From Callorhinchus milii (lineage: Eukaryota), in contig NW_024704742.1 in the NCBI RefSeq assembly GCF_018977255.1, forward strand, positions 62,126,001 through 62,190,000: a stretch of 64,000 nucleotides of DNA, in the 5' to 3' direction. Shown here piece by piece: positions 61,442 through 64,000 of this stretch. The notes below the pieces were generated by a model. That model did no database searches. It was not told the DNA's origin and saw only the letters and a program-made list of their open reading frames with translations. The first letter of the stretch is position 1. Every line of letters begins with the position of its first letter. The position numbers were made by a program, and so were the translations under genes.

Positions 61442-62236
61442 CAACAACAATAACAACAACAAAATTACACTTATAGAGCACCTTTCACATTGGGAGGACA
61501 TCTCAAGGCGCTGGACAGTCAGGGGTCAGGACCCGAGCATGGGGGTGGGGTGGGGTAGGGATGAGGGAAGGCAGAGAGGTGGGAAGGCAACTGAAGGCCC
61601 AATCGAAGAGGAGGGTCTTGAGACCGGCCTTGAAGGAGGCAAGGGAGGAAGCGAGGTGAAAGGACTGTGAGATGGAGTTCCAGAGTGTGGGGGCAGAGAG
61701 GCTGAAAGCTGGAAAGATGGTAGGGCGGGTCGGGCGGGAGACATGGAGCGGACCGGAGCCCTCTGAACATGGATGGCCTTGAAAGTGAGAACGAGGATCT
61801 TGAACTCGATCCTCTGGGGGATGGGGAGACAGTGGAGTCGGCCGAGGGTAAGAGTGATGGGGTCACGGAGCCTGGTGTGTGAGAGTACAGGAGCTGCAGA
61901 GTTTTGGATGATCTGCAGGTTGTGAAGGGAAGAGTTGGGAAGGCCGATGAGGAGGGAGTTTCCATTGTTGACCCTTGATGTGACAAATGTGTGGGTGAGG
62001 GTTTCGGCAGCCTGAGGGGTGAGGCAGTGGCGGAGTCTAGCAATGTTGCGGAGGTGGTGATAAGCAGTGCCGGTCATGGCGTGGATGTGGGGGAGAAAGG
62101 ACAGTTCAGGGTCAAATAAGACACCCAGGTTCCTGACTGGCTTAGTGAGGTTGAGTGTGCAGCCGTGGAGGCTGATGCTGCCAGCGCCTGAGGTAAGCAC
62201 TGGCGCGAGCCAATCAGGAGGACCTCGGTCTTGCTG
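61442..62236 (-). mobile_element. 5'-truncated L2 (~0.8 kb)
   Basis: [14 protein letters not shown]...HLRNIARLR...LQIIQNSAA...LHCLPIPQRIEFKILVLTFKA, with a (TTG)n tail. Confidence 0.92.
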
Positions 62237-62339
62237 ACTGACTCAGTCAACTTCAAATGTTTCACTCAGACAGTTAGATACAAATGCAAAGGCAGTAACT
62301 TTTGTCTCAAACACATATAAATGCAAATTCAAATGCATT

Positions 62340-62460
62340 TGAACTTGTACCCAAATCTGGTACCAAGTTTACTCTTAAATACACTGTTGCTTTTTACGTC
62401 AACCACAGCTTCCAGCAGTGAGTTCCAAACTCCCCCCACTCTCTGCATGAAGGATAGCAC
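62340..62460 (-). mobile_element. CR1 ORF2 C-terminal fragment
   Basis: FMQRVGGVWNSLLEAVVDVKSNSVFKSKL. Confidence 0.7.
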
Positions 62461-63339
62461 TTCTGAAAATGCAATGCCTGGCATCCAATTTCCACACAGC
62501 AGTGTCACACAAACTGCTTCCCCTTGGCGATGGGCCTGTAAATGATGTAAATAAAATGAAAAAAATTGTTCACGCCCCTTCCAAAAAGAGTAACTTTTCC
62601 TTCTCCCACTCATGGAGACTAGTGACTGGGTGGAGGAGCGAAGTGGCCACTGGGTGGAGGAGCCTGTGGACGACACATTCTGTCACAAAGTCCGAATGAC
62701 TATTTTTAACAATACTGTGAAGAATGAATGATTCCTGGCCACTAGTTCACATGCCAACTGATATACAGCAATATAACAATTTATTTTCTTCATAATTTCT
62801 CCCACACTCAATGACACCAACTGGCCAATTAACACACCTAAATATTTTCCTGCTTCACTTTATTAACAAAGTACTCCTCATTTCTCCAATTGCAGCAATT
62901 GGAGACAGGGATTAGAAAGAATTGTTGTGTGGGTCCAAATCATTTTCCACAAATAAGGTGAAAGTTTGGACTAGTTCCCAGAATATTATTACTCTCACAA
63001 GGACAAGTTACATGATAATTTAACATAGCTTGTTGTTGCATATTTTAGATGTATCAGTATATTATCTCACCAAAGGCATATGCTAAAATGTGGAATGGGG
63101 AGAGTTCATGCCTTTGGGCAAATTTCACTCCCAAGAAATCTGAAATATTTTAATATAATACAATTTACCTTTGCATAGGTCTTTCATAACAGGAGGACGT
63201 CTCAAAGCATTTCTCACAGCTGCCTGAAGCCCCGAGCTGGGAGTGGGGGTAGGGGAGAGTTGAGGGGAGAGTGGGGGAAAAATGAACAAAAGTACGGTCA
63301 ATGAGGTAAGTCTTAACTCTACTATTACATTCTCTTCTT

Positions 63340-63745
63340 CATCAAAGCCTGGATGAGAACTAACTTCCTCCAGTTGAATTTCAGCAAGACGGAGACTTTC
63401 CCACTTGGCTCCCATCATCGCCTTCTTACATCAGCCCCTGACAGCATCAATCTACACGGATGCACACTCCACCTTATAGAGAGAGTGTGGAACCTTGGTG
63501 GTCTTGTTTAACTATTAACTGTCCTATGAACTTCACATCCATGCTCTGCCCCATTCAGCTTTCCGCCACATTGGCAACATTGCCCACGTCAACCACTGCC
63601 TCTCTCCTCAGACTACTGAGATCCTTATCTACACACTCATTACATCCAGGCTAGACTGCTCTATCTCTCTGCTTGCCGTACTTCCTAACTCTTTCCTCCA
63701 CAAGCTGAATACCATTCAGAACTCTGTCGCATGTGTCCTCTCTCT
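63340..63745 (+). mobile_element. Degenerate L2 RT/C-terminal fragment
   Basis: Remnants of WMRTNFLQLNFSKTE, TSRLDCS and IQNSVACVLS. Confidence 0.75.
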
Positions 63746-63861
63746 AACTAGACATTTTATGTGCTGCATCTTATGTGCTAATAATAACCCTTCCTGTTAT
63801 TCTTTATGTTGCCTGCCAGCTTATTTGTTTCCATGCTCTCTTAGACCTCTTGGTCATTTCA

Positions 63862-64000
63862 ATCCGCGACTGTTTGTTGGACATTGCTGTGTGCAATTGG
63901 CTGCCGCATTTCGCCCACAAATATACAGTCAATTAACTTTACAGTCTATTCTGTGAAGCACTTTGAGACATCTAGAAGAAGTGAAAAGCACTACATGAAA
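63862..64000 (+). mobile_element. tRNA-SINE 3' half running off the window end
   Basis: aatccgcgactgtttgttggacattgctgtgtgcaattggctgccgcatttcgcccaca. Confidence 0.88.

Noticed and set aside
1..64000. CRISPR arrays, operons or other prokaryotic systems; neighbouring genes such as SCRG1 or FBXO8
   Set aside because: No repeat-spacer array or dense coding. The dispersed repeats are SINE/LINE tails, and I recognised no exons of neighbouring genes.

Overview
Vertebrate genomic DNA, most likely a cartilaginous fish and probably a holocephalan/chimaera, judged from the SINE/L2/CR1 repertoire (inference). The only host protein-coding gene I can support is HAND2 on the + strand: exon 1 CDS 21402-21941, a 1290-bp phase-0 GT-AG intron, exon 2 CDS 23232-23330, giving 212 aa. 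A CCAAT/TGACG/TATA promoter at ~20.36-20.39 kb implies a ~1-kb leader with uORFs and G- and C-rich tracts. The 3'UTR carries miR-25/92 and miR-1/206 seed matches and AATAAA at 23865. The gene sits in a ~17-kb block with no recognisable SINE/LINE (inside a ~30-kb TE-poor, CpG-retaining zone) that is full of motif-dense, enhancer-like segments. The flanks hold L2 and CR1 LINE fragments, tRNA-derived SINEs with L2-type tails, a DeuSINE-like family, a Penelope relic, Tigger-like TIRs and fold-back elements, several of them nested. Nearly all other ORFs in the track are TE fragments or low-complexity artefacts. I see no convincing new protein-coding system. The best leads are regulatory: phased GATA sites, the leader architecture, oriented CTCF-like sites and an unexplained long inverted repeat. 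Conservation could not be tested, so all enhancer calls are motif-based hypotheses.
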